Source of the DNA: Candidatus Marinacidobacterium sp.
Lineage (GTDB): Bacteria; Acidobacteriota; Vicinamibacteria; Marinacidobacterales; Marinacidobacteraceae
Direction of reading: 5' to 3'
Assembly: GCA_965220965.1 (NCBI GenBank)
Contig: CBDCRI010000001.1
Span: forward strand, 96,001 to 160,000
Length of the DNA: 64,000 nt
Shown here: positions 56,599 to 64,000 of the stretch, one piece after another
Numbering within the stretch: the first letter of the stretch is position 1
How the letters are laid out: every line of letters begins with the position of its first letter
Notes under the pieces: generated by a model
What the model saw: only the letters and a program-made list of their open reading frames with translations
The model's database searches: none
What the model was told of the DNA's origin: nothing
Position numbers and translations under genes: made by a program

Positions 56599-56614
56599 CT
56601 ATGGTATAATACAT
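56599..56614 (+). promoter_or_regulatory. Extended -10 box CTATGGTATAATACAT
   Basis: Identical to 11924-11939 on the minus strand. Confidence 0.7.
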
Positions 56615-56667
56615 GTATCACCCAAGGGGGGCTGCGCGGCGCGCCCGGCCCCGCCGCGGAGGGCGCG

Positions 56668-57552
56668 ATGCCAGCCAGTCCCGACAAGCCCGACAAGCTC
56701 GTCTTCGCCGTCAACCTCTCCGGGGGGCGCAGCTCCGCCTACATGCTGCACCACCTGCTGGAGCGCCACGGCGGCGCCCTGCCGCCCAACTGGGTGACCG
56801 TGTACTGCAACACCGGCAAGGAGCGCGAGGAGACCTTGGAGTTCGTGCGGCGCATCGGCGAGTCCTGGGGCGTGGACGTCCACTGGCTGGAGTACCGGCA
56901 CCGGCCGCAGGCGGCCGGCGGGGCCAAGGACCCGCGGCACGTCGCGGTGCGCGTCGACCACGCCTCCGCCAGCCGCCGGGGCGAGCCGTTCCAGGCGCTG
57001 ATGCGCGCCAAGAACCTGATCCCGCACGACACGTTCCGGCTCTGCACCGCGGAGCTGAAGATCGAGACCCAGCGGCGCTACCTGCGCCGCGAGCTCGGCG
57101 CCACCCACGTCATCTCGCTGATCGGCCTGCGCTTCGACGAGCCCCGGCGCTGGATGAAGCGCAAGGAGGACGCCGCCGTCGAGATGCCGCTGGTCGCCGC
57201 GCGGCGCACCGCCGCCGACGTGCAGGCGTTCTGGCGCGCGCACCCGTTCGACCTCGGCATTCCCAGCTGGAAGGGCAACTGCGACCTGTGCTTCCTAAAG
57301 TCCAAGGCCAACCTCGTGGCGACCATCCGCGAGGAGCCCTGGCGCGCCGACTGGTGGCTGGCGGCGGAGGCCTGGCGCCGCGACGCCACCTACGGCGCCG
57401 GCGCCAAGGCCAGGGCGGAGAACGCGCAGATGTCGCAGTCGCGCAGCTTCGCCGACCTGGTCCGCCTGGCCCGGGAGGGCGACCTGTTCGAGGGCTTCGG
57501 CGAGGTCGGCGACGAGCCGGCCATCGACTGCTTCTGCGGCGAGAGCGCCTAG
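56668..57552 (+). CDS. PAPS-reductase-like PP-loop protein (MGE/phage type)
   Basis: SGGRSS, NTGKEREETL.FV, R.CT.ELK, IGLR.DE..R, GNCDLCFLK, C-terminal CFCG. Confidence 0.85.
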   Translation: MPASPDKPDKLVFAVNLSGGRSSAYMLHHLLERHGGALPPNWVTVYCNTGKEREETLEFVRRIGESWGVDVHWLEYRHRPQAAGGAKDPRHVAVRVDHASASRRGEPFQALMRAKNLIPHDTFRLCTAELKIETQRRYLRRELGATHVISLIGLRFDEPRRWMKRKEDAAVEMPLVAARRTAADVQAFWRAHPFDLGIPSWKGNCDLCFLKSKANLVATIREEPWRADWWLAAEAWRRDATYGAGAKARAENAQMSQSRSFADLVRLAREGDLFEGFGEVGDEPAIDCFCGESA

Positions 57553-57580
57553 CCCCGGCCCACCGATCCGAGGAGGCCCC

Positions 57581-58237
57581 GTGGAAAGCATCCTGTCCTG
57601 CCCCATCGCGCTGGTCGACGGCCGCTTCCGCGGGCGCGCCCACATCGGCCCCGCCGAGGCCGAGGAGCTCGCCCGCGCCTTGGCCGCGGCCGGCGACTTC
57701 CGCCCCCGCGAGGGGGTGGAGGCCGACGCCGGCCGCGCCCAGCCGATCGGCATCGTGGTGGTGCGCGACCCGCAGGGCGGCGTGCTGCGGCTGCGGCGCC
57801 GGGAGCCGGACGGCGCCGGGCCGCTGCACGGCCGGGCCGTCGTCTGGGTGGGCGGCCACTGCGACGCCGGCGACGGCCAGGGCGGGCCGCCCCTGCTGCG
57901 CTGCGCCCTGCGCGAGCTGCGCGAGGAGCTCGGCGCGGACGCCGGCGACGGGCGCGCCCTGCGGCCGCTGGGGGCGGTGCGCTCCTACGGCAGCGCACGG
58001 GCGCGCATGCACTTCGGCGTCGCCTGGGAGTGGGTCGCCGGGGCGGACGCCGGACTCGCGCCGTGCGCGGAGGAGTTCATGGCCGGCGGCGCCCGGTTCG
58101 CCGACCCCGGCGCGCTGGGCCGCGAGGCCGGCGACCCCGGCTCAGCCCTCGACGGCTGGTCGCGCGCGCTCATCCGCCACGCCCTGGCGGCGCCCGCCGC
58201 CGCGCCTGGCCGCCGTCCCGCCCGGGCCGCGCCCTGA
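57581..58237 (+). CDS. Nudix-family hydrolase (COG4112-like)
   Basis: Q.I..VVV, LHG....VGGH.D, RELREELG, HFGV; GGAGG SD. Confidence 0.75.
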   Translation: MESILSCPIALVDGRFRGRAHIGPAEAEELARALAAAGDFRPREGVEADAGRAQPIGIVVVRDPQGGVLRLRRREPDGAGPLHGRAVVWVGGHCDAGDGQGGPPLLRCALRELREELGADAGDGRALRPLGAVRSYGSARARMHFGVAWEWVAGADAGLAPCAEEFMAGGARFADPGALGREAGDPGSALDGWSRALIRHALAAPAAAPGRRPARAAP

Positions 58238-58263
58238 GCCCGGCCGGCCCCTCAGCCAGCCCG

Positions 58264-58566
58264 CTAGGCCCCGTCGTCGGAGCGGGCGAGCACCGCCCCT
58301 TGCGGCCGCGCCCGGGCGTCAAGCAGCACGATCACGTGGTCCGGGCCGCACTCCATGGCCCCATGGAAGGCCGTCCAGGCCTCCTCGAGGCGCCGGTGGG
58401 CGGACAGCCGAACGCCCAGGTCGCGCGGGTCGGCGCCGGAGCGGACGAGGTCCGCCTCGCCGACCGAGCTGACCAGCCAGCGCGGCGGCGCCGCATGCCG
58501 GCCGGCCCAGTCCCCGTCGACGGCGCGCGCGACGCGGCGCGGGGCCGGCCCTGCGGCAGGGGTCAT
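58264..58566 (-). CDS. Hypothetical protein (100 aa)
   Basis: ATGA coupling to the DUF4326 gene. Confidence 0.5.
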   Translation of the reverse strand: MTPAAGPAPRRVARAVDGDWAGRHAAPPRWLVSSVGEADLVRSGADPRDLGVRLSAHRRLEEAWTAFHGAMECGPDHVIVLLDARARPQGAVLARSDDGA

Positions 58567-58889
58567 GGCCCGCAGGCCGGCTCGCCCGAGGGCCGGCGCA
58601 GCCGGGCGGCGGCCCAGGCGGCGGCCCGCGCCAGCGTCTCCCCGTGGCAGGGCAGGGGCGCGCAGTGGCAGGCGAGGTCGCGCCCGTGCAGGGCCGCCAG
58701 GGCCCCCAGCGGCACCTCGCCGGCACGGATGCGGCGCCACAGGTCGGCCCGGTGCCGGGCGATGACCTGCCCGCGGTCGCCGTCGCGGCCGATCACGAAC
58801 GGATTGCCCCAAGGGGTGCGCCGGTCGATGCGCACCGCGCCCCTGGACAGCGCGTCGGGCTCCCGTTCGAGGTTGACGATGCGGGCCAC
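58563..58889 (-). CDS. DUF4326 family protein
   Basis: IDRRTPWGNPF..L.GRDLACHCAP.PCHG..L. Confidence 0.85.
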   Translation of the reverse strand: MARIVNLEREPDALSRGAVRIDRRTPWGNPFVIGRDGDRGQVIARHRADLWRRIRAGEVPLGALAALHGRDLACHCAPLPCHGETLARAAAWAAARLRRPSGEPACGP

Positions 58890-58897
58890 GGCGCCGC

Positions 58898-59449
58898 CTA
58901 GCCGGGGGCCATGCGGGCCGACGGGGTCGCGGCCGGCGCCGCATCCGCCGCCGCGGCGATGCCCAGGATGCGCATGGCCTCCGGGGACAGCGCCATGACC
59001 GCAACGCTGCCGAAGCGGGTGGGCACCCGGGCGCCGGTGGGGCTGGCGACGCCGGCGCGCTGCAGCAGCGCCTCGGCGCCCTCCGCCTCCACCCCCGCCG
59101 CGAGGTGGATCTCGCCGGGGCGGCGCTCGACGCCCGCGAAGCGGGCCGTCAGGCGTCCGCCGCAGCCGATGCCCGGGTAGCCGGCGGGGTCGCCGTCAAG
59201 GCCGTGCATCGCCGGGTCGCCGATGCGCAGCATCTCACGCTCGAAGTCCTCCTCCGGGGGCAGGGCCAGGTACAGGTCGGCGCCGCCGTCGGGATGGCCG
59301 CGCCCCACGACCCGGGCGTGGGCGTCGGGCGCAGCGGCGGGCATCTCGCGTCCCGGGGCCTCGATGAGGCCGGTGACGAAGCGCCACTCGCCGAAGCGCT
59401 CCAGCCAGTCGTTGAAGGCCGGGTTGGGCCTGCCCAGGGAATCGTCCAT
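58898..59449 (-). CDS. Hypothetical protein (183 aa)
   Basis: Codon bias; upstream GGGGCC-N18-TACAAT (59481-59510). Confidence 0.6.
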   Translation of the reverse strand: MDDSLGRPNPAFNDWLERFGEWRFVTGLIEAPGREMPAAAPDAHARVVGRGHPDGGADLYLALPPEEDFEREMLRIGDPAMHGLDGDPAGYPGIGCGGRLTARFAGVERRPGEIHLAAGVEAEGAEALLQRAGVASPTGARVPTRFGSVAVMALSPEAMRILGIAAAADAAPAATPSARMAPG

Positions 59450-59517
59450 TGCGCGCGCTCCGCTTGAATGAGGTCACCCCATTGTAGGAACGCGGCCCCG
59501 GCACGGCCCCGCGCCGC

Positions 59518-59545
59518 TTGAGGGCGCGCGCCTATGGTATAATAC
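59518..59545 (+). promoter_or_regulatory. Cascade operon promoter TTGAGG-N14-TATAAT (CTATGGTATAATAC box)
   Basis: Repeated 14-mer directly upstream of cas8e. Confidence 0.7.
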
Positions 59546-59571
59546 GGCCACCGCACCGCCCGGGGCCGACC

Positions 59572-61119
59572 TTGAACCTCCTGAACGAGCGCATCTTCTC
59601 CATCGCCGGCCGCGGGCCGGCGTCGCTGCCCGGCACGCTCGCTGCGCTGTCGGCCGGGGAGGCGCCCGGCTTCGCCGCCCTGCGGCCCCACCAACGGGCG
59701 GGCTGGCACAGCCTCCTCGTCCAGCTCGGCGCCCTGGCCTGCCTCGAGGCGGGCTCCGACGCGCTGCCGGGGGACGAGGGCGCCTGGGCCGACCGGCTGC
59801 GCGCCCTCACGCCGGAGCACCCCGACGACGCCCCTTGGCGTCTCGTGGCGGACGACCCCAGGGCGCCCGCCTTCCTGCAGCCCCCCGACCCCGGCATCGA
59901 GCGCTGGGCCGAGGTCGCCACCCCGGACGGCATCGACCTGCTGGCGCAGTCGCGCAACCACGACCTCAAGCGCGCGGCCGCAATGGGCGCCCAGGCCGAG
60001 GACTGGGTCTTCGCGCTGGTCTCCATCCAGACCGGCGGCGGCACCTACGGCCGCGGCCGCCACCCCATCGCCCGAATGAACCGCGGCTTCTCCAGCCGCT
60101 TCCTCATGGGCCTCGCCCCGGCCGGCGAGGGCGAGGCCGACTGCACGGTGGACCCGTCCGCCTGGTGGCGGCGCGACGTCCGCCGCCTGCTCGGCGAACG
60201 GCGGGCGGACGGCGGCGCGGACGGCCTGCGCGGCGACGCGCTGCTGTGGACGCTCGACTGGGAGGAGGGGGAGCAGCTGCGCCTCGAGACGCTCGACCCG
60301 CTGTTCGTCGAGGTCTGCCGCCGGATCCGCCTGCGGGCGGCGGGCGACGGGCTGCGCGCGGACCGCGCCGGCTCGGCGCGGGCGCGGATCGACGCCCAGG
60401 ACCGGCGCGGCAACGTGGGCGACCCGTGGGCGCCCGTCCACGCCAAGAAGGGCAGCACGCTGACCTACGCGGGCGGCGGCCTCGGCTCCAAGCTGGTCTG
60501 CCAGCTCCTGTTCAGCGGCGACTGGACGCTGCCGCCGCTGGCCCGCCCGGGGCCCGAGGACGCCGGCCCGATGGTGCTCGTCCTGGAGGCGCTGGCGCGC
60601 GGCCAGGGCAAGACCAACGGCCACGCACGGCGCCAGATCCGGGTGCCGGCGCTGGCCGTGCCCGCGCTCGGCGAGGCCGCCACGGCCGATGCCGCCAAGC
60701 GGCTCCGGGAATGGGTCGACGCGGGCTTCGCCGCAGTGCGCCAGGCGCTGGGGGCGGCCGCATCGAGCCAGGGCGGGCGGCCGGGACGGCGCGCCGGGCG
60801 CCAGTCGCTCGACGGGGCCAAGGCGTTCCTCGCCGAGGCCGACCAAGGCTTCTTCCCGGCCCTGTGGCGCCAGGTCGAGGCCGACCGCACGTCGGCGGCG
60901 GCGTCCGAGGCGGCCTCGCTGGAGAACCGCCTGTGGCTGCTCGACGCGGCCCGGCGCGCCAGCGCCCGCGCGGCCGCGGCGACGTCCTGCCCGCCCGCGC
61001 TGCGGCCGGCGCTGGCGGCCCGCGCCGGCGGCCTGGCCGAGTTCCGGCTGCGCGCCCTGCCCGAGTTCGCGGACCTCCCGGACGCCGCGGACCGTGACCG
61101 CGATGCCGGCGACGGCTGA
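59572..61119 (+). CDS. cas8e: Type I-E Cascade large subunit Cas8e/Cse1
   Basis: NLL.E, F.ALRPHQ...WH..LVQL, AFLQPP, LDPLFVEVCRRIRL, GDPW.P, RGQGKT.G; TTG start at 59572. Confidence 0.88.
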   Translation: MNLLNERIFSIAGRGPASLPGTLAALSAGEAPGFAALRPHQRAGWHSLLVQLGALACLEAGSDALPGDEGAWADRLRALTPEHPDDAPWRLVADDPRAPAFLQPPDPGIERWAEVATPDGIDLLAQSRNHDLKRAAAMGAQAEDWVFALVSIQTGGGTYGRGRHPIARMNRGFSSRFLMGLAPAGEGEADCTVDPSAWWRRDVRRLLGERRADGGADGLRGDALLWTLDWEEGEQLRLETLDPLFVEVCRRIRLRAAGDGLRADRAGSARARIDAQDRRGNVGDPWAPVHAKKGSTLTYAGGGLGSKLVCQLLFSGDWTLPPLARPGPEDAGPMVLVLEALARGQGKTNGHARRQIRVPALAVPALGEAATADAAKRLREWVDAGFAAVRQALGAAASSQGGRPGRRAGRQSLDGAKAFLAEADQGFFPALWRQVEADRTSAAASEAASLENRLWLLDAARRASARAAAATSCPPALRPALAARAGGLAEFRLRALPEFADLPDAADRDRDAGDG

Positions 61120-61693
61120 GCCGGCGGGCGGCACCGCCGCCGAGGACGCCGCGTTCGCCGCCTGGCAGCTGCGCCTGATGGACGCCGCCGACCTCGCCCT
61201 CCTGCGCCGCAAGGGGCGGACCGGCCAGACGCCGGCGTTCTGGCGCCTCGCCGCCCAGCGCCCGGCCAGCATCGGCGACCCCAGGCGGGCGGACGAGTGG
61301 GCCTGCATCATCCGCATCATGGCGCTGCTGATGCCCAAGGGCGCGCCCGGGCGCCGGGCGAAGCTGCACGACCGCGACCGTCGCCTCGGCGCCGTGCTGT
61401 GCGACGGCGGCGACCCCGAGTGGCCCGGGGAGGCCGCCCCCAGGCCGAAGGTCAGCGAGGCCCGGCTCAAGGCGCTGCTGGCCTCGCGCGGCCGCGAGCG
61501 CCTGCAGCGGCTCGCGCAGGCGGCGCGCATGCTCAGGCTGGCGCCGGGCACCGGCCTTGACGTGGGCGACCTCGCCCACGCCGCGCTGTTCCCCAGCGAC
61601 GCCGGCCGGATCTCGCGGCACTACCACCGGCGGCTGCTGGCCGCCCGGAATCCCGATCCCGAAACCCCAACCGAAGGAGACCCCTCCCCATGA
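61103..61693 (+). CDS. cse2: Type I-E small subunit Cse2/Cas11
   Basis: LA.LRR, PAFWRL, LG.VL, VSEARL..LL, I.R.Y; position in operon. Confidence 0.85.
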   Translation: MPATAEPAGGTAAEDAAFAAWQLRLMDAADLALLRRKGRTGQTPAFWRLAAQRPASIGDPRRADEWACIIRIMALLMPKGAPGRRAKLHDRDRRLGAVLCDGGDPEWPGEAAPRPKVSEARLKALLASRGRERLQRLAQAARMLRLAPGTGLDVGDLAHAALFPSDAGRISRHYHRRLLAARNPDPETPTEGDPSP

Positions 61694-62820
61694 CAACCCC
61701 ACGGTTCGTGCAGATACACACCCTCACCTCGTACGCGGCGACGCTCCTGAACCGCGACGACAGCGGCCTCGCCAAGCGGCTGCCCTACGGCGGGGCGGTG
61801 CGCACGCGCATCTCCTCGCAATGCCTCAAGCGCCACTGGCGCGACGCCGACGACGAGCACGCGCTGCACCGCATCGAGGGCTCGCACGCCTCGCTGCGCT
61901 CGCGCAGCCTGGTCAGCAAGCTGGTGATCGCGCCGCTGCGCGGCGAGCACCCCGACGAGGTCCTCGACGTGATCGAGGAGCACTGGCAGGTGGCCGTCTA
62001 CGGCGAGCAGGGCGCGGACAGGAAGAGCCGCCCCACGCTGCTGTTCGGGGCGCCCGAGATCGCCTGGCTCAAGGGCGAGGCGGCGCGCGTGGCGGCCGGC
62101 GCCGACGGCAGCGCGGAGGTCGCCGAGCAGGCGGCCCAGGAGTGGGGCAAGGGGTTCGCGCGCAACATCAAGGCGCTGCGCGCCAACGCGGCGATGCCCG
62201 GCGGCCTGGTGGCGGCGCTGTTCGGCCGCATGGTCACCTCCGACCCGGCCGCCAACATCACCGCGCCGGTGCACGTGGCGCACGCCTTCACCGTGCACGC
62301 GGAGGAGGCCGAGACCGACTGGTTCACCGCGGTCGACGACCTCGCCGGGGCCGGCGAGCCCAGGACCGACACCATCCAGGAGACCGAGCTCAGCTCCGGG
62401 CTCTTCTACGGCTACGTGGTGGTCGACGTGGCCGGCCTGCTCGGCAACCTGGCCGGCGACGCGGCGCTGGCGGGGCAGGTCCTGCACAACCTCTGCTACT
62501 TGGTCGCCGAGGTGTCGCCGGGCGCCAAGCGCGGCTCCACCGCGCCCTACGGGCGGGCCTCCTTCCTGCTCGCGGAGGCCGGCAGCCGGCAGCCGCGAAG
62601 CCTTGGGGAGGCCTTCCGCGCCCCCATCGGCCGGCACGACCTCGACGCCGCCGTCTCGGCGCTGTCCGCCCACCTGGAGCGGCTCGACAAGGCCTACGCC
62701 ACCGGCGAGGAGCGGCGCGTCATGTCGCTCGCCGACGGCGGGGCGCCGGCGGCCGAGCCCGCCACCCTGGCCGAGGTCGCGCAATGGGCGCAGGGGCTGC
62801 CGGCGGCGCTGTCGCAATGA
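61690..62820 (+). CDS. cas7: Type I-E backbone Cas7
   Basis: FVQIHTL.SY...LNRDDSGLAK, RISSQCLKR.WR, ALFGRM, VAHAFTVH, DWFTAVDD, SGLFYGY. Confidence 0.95.
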   Translation: MTTPRFVQIHTLTSYAATLLNRDDSGLAKRLPYGGAVRTRISSQCLKRHWRDADDEHALHRIEGSHASLRSRSLVSKLVIAPLRGEHPDEVLDVIEEHWQVAVYGEQGADRKSRPTLLFGAPEIAWLKGEAARVAAGADGSAEVAEQAAQEWGKGFARNIKALRANAAMPGGLVAALFGRMVTSDPAANITAPVHVAHAFTVHAEEAETDWFTAVDDLAGAGEPRTDTIQETELSSGLFYGYVVVDVAGLLGNLAGDAALAGQVLHNLCYLVAEVSPGAKRGSTAPYGRASFLLAEAGSRQPRSLGEAFRAPIGRHDLDAAVSALSAHLERLDKAYATGEERRVMSLADGGAPAAEPATLAEVAQWAQGLPAALSQ

Positions 62821-63542
62821 GCCGACGATGGCTCGCCCTCGCCCTTGAGGCGCCGCTGATGTCGTTCGGCGACGTCCGCGTCGACCGCCTCGGGCCGACC
62901 CGCGCCTTCCCCGCCGCCTCGATGGTGGCGGGCCTGCTGGCCAACGCCCTGGGCTGGGACCGCACCGCTTGGCGCGACCACCAGGCCCTGCAGGACCGGC
63001 TGGTGCTCGCCTCCCGCATCGACCGCGAGGGCCGCTCGCTCGCCGAGCTGCAGAACGCGGGCCTCGACGCCGGCGACCTCGGCTGGACCACGCGCGGCGA
63101 GCCGGAGGGGCGGAGCGGCGGCGCGGCCACCTACTCAGCCCCCCACCAGCGGGCCATGGACTACATCGCGGACGGCGCCCTGAGGGCGGTCGTGGGCCTG
63201 CGCGCGGCGGCCTCCGGGCCGAGCCTCGACGACCTCGCCGAAGCGCTCGACGCGCCCGCCCGGCCGCTGCACATCGGCCGCAAGCACTGCCTGCCCGCAC
63301 GGCCGCTGCTGGCGGACGGGGCCGGGCGGTGGGTGGACGCCGAGTCCGCCCACGCGGCGCTGGCGGCGCTGCCCGGCGACGGGCGGCTGCGGGCGACCTG
63401 GCCGGCCGGCGAGGGCCCGGAGGAGGGCCCCGACGTGGCGCGCGTCATCGACCTCGCCGACCTGCGCCTGTGGCGGGCGGGCCACCACGCCGGCGCGCGC
63501 CGCGTAGTGGAGGGCTGGGTCCGGCCGGCGCCCGCCGCGTGA
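62817..63542 (+). CDS. cas5: Type I-E Cas5
   Basis: LEAPLMSFG, FP..S...GLLANALG.DR, YIAD, PARPL.IGRK.CLP. Confidence 0.92.
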   Translation: MSRRWLALALEAPLMSFGDVRVDRLGPTRAFPAASMVAGLLANALGWDRTAWRDHQALQDRLVLASRIDREGRSLAELQNAGLDAGDLGWTTRGEPEGRSGGAATYSAPHQRAMDYIADGALRAVVGLRAAASGPSLDDLAEALDAPARPLHIGRKHCLPARPLLADGAGRWVDAESAHAALAALPGDGRLRATWPAGEGPEEGPDVARVIDLADLRLWRAGHHAGARRVVEGWVRPAPAA

Positions 63543-64000
63543 GCGCCCTGCACCTCGCCGTCGCCAGCGTCAGCCTCCCCGCCATGCTCCGGTGGGGGGA
63601 GGAGCGGGGCCTGACGCGCCTGGCCAGGCGGCGCGGCCGCGCCGTCGTCGACGAGGGGCTCATCCTCCACCACCTGGTGCGCGAGACCTTCGGCCCCGGC
63701 GCCCTGCAGCCGTTCCGCCTGCTGGCCGCGCGCGGCGAGGAGGCCGGCCACCTCTACGGCTACTCGGCGCTCGAAGCGGGGGCGCTGCGCGAGAGCGCCC
63801 AGGCCATCGCCTCGCCGCTGGCGCTGCGCGCCATCGGCCTGGAGCGCCTGGCGAGCAAGCCCATGCCCAACGGCTGGCGCGCCGGCCAGCGCATGGGGTT
63901 CGACGTCCGGGTCCTGCCGACCCGCCGGTCCTCGAGGGCCGAGGCGGGCGGCGACGGCCGGCGGAGCCGGGAGTTCGACGCCTTCGACGGCGCCGGCCCG
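63539..64000 (+). CDS. cas6e: Type I-E Cas6e/Cse3 (truncated by window edge; not in ORF track)
   Basis: Hand translation from GTG 63539: D.G.ILH..ETFG..ALQPFRL, LYGYS, SKPMP..W.AGQR.GFDVRV.P.RR. Confidence 0.88.
   Translation, partial: MSALHLAVASVSLPAMLRWGEERGLTRLARRRGRAVVDEGLILHHLVRETFGPGALQPFRLLAARGEEAGHLYGYSALEAGALRESAQAIASPLALRAIGLERLASKPMPNGWRAGQRMGFDVRVLPTRRSSRAEAGGDGRRSREFDAFDGAGP

Larger units (their letters stand above)
1..64000. mobile_element. Segment of a large Dot/Icm (MPF-I/type IVB) conjugative plasmid or ICE; boundaries lie outside the window
   Basis: Dispersed dot/icm genes, T4CP, ParM/ParR, SSB, DarB-like helicase, plasmid-type RecD2/RecG/UvrD/topoisomerase; no housekeeping operons. 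Confidence 0.85.

Noticed and set aside
59450-59571. CRISPR array or mini-array upstream of cas8e
   Set aside because: No ~29-bp palindromic repeats seen; only short GGCCCCG duplications
59572-63542. HNH-fused Cas8 or Cas5 variant
   Set aside because: Both proteins are of ordinary length and lack HNH motifs
101-64000. Many long ORFs in the track (e.g. 101..2833+, 13581..16745+, 24078..27152-, 44691..48344+, 51172..53478-, 54346..56568-)
   Set aside because: Antisense or off-frame shadows of real genes; R/P/G/A-rich with no motifs, as expected where stop codons are rare in very high GC DNA
1-64000. tRNA, rRNA, IS transposases, integrase, relaxase or oriT
   Set aside because: None recognisable by eye; tRNAscan, Infernal and MOB HMM searches would be needed to exclude them formally

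Overview
Extremely GC-rich, densely coding segment of a large conjugative element (megaplasmid or ICE) with a Dot/Icm (IncI-like, type IVB) secretion system: icmT, dotB, icmB/dotO, icmJ/dotN, four IcmC/IcmD-like pilin paralogs, icmP/dotM, icmO/dotL, and TraW- and TraL-like proteins. It also carries a ParM/ParR partition pair, its own sigma-70 factor, SSB, a degenerate type IA topoisomerase and six helicases (DarB-like SNF2, DnaB, RecQ, RecG, RecD2, UvrD). Defence, counter-defence and DNA-modification cargo includes an HsdR_N/SeqA-like nuclease, a C5-MTase/radical SAM/C5-MTase trio, a KAP NTPase, an RtcB/HTH/HEPN/inactive-HsdM cluster, a PAPS-reductase-like gene plus Nudix, and a type I-E Cascade operon (cas8e-cse2-cas7-cas5-cas6e) that runs off the right edge with no cas3 upstream and no array in view. 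Most long ORFs in the supplied track are antisense or off-frame shadows; many real starts were reassigned by hand, and two real genes (the DarB-like helicase and cas6e) are absent from the track because they cross the window edges. Highlights: (i) a candidate anti-defence module of RtcB plus catalytically dead HEPN and HsdM decoys; (ii) a sigma factor with a rewritten -35 recognition helix alongside a recurrent GGGGCC-N17/18-TAyAAT promoter class; (iii) a shared CTATGGTATAATAC box in front of Cascade, rtcB, HEPN, the PAPS-reductase-like gene and recQ; (iv) a small gene nested out of frame inside the DarB-like gene. All family calls come from motif recognition by eye, not from database searches.
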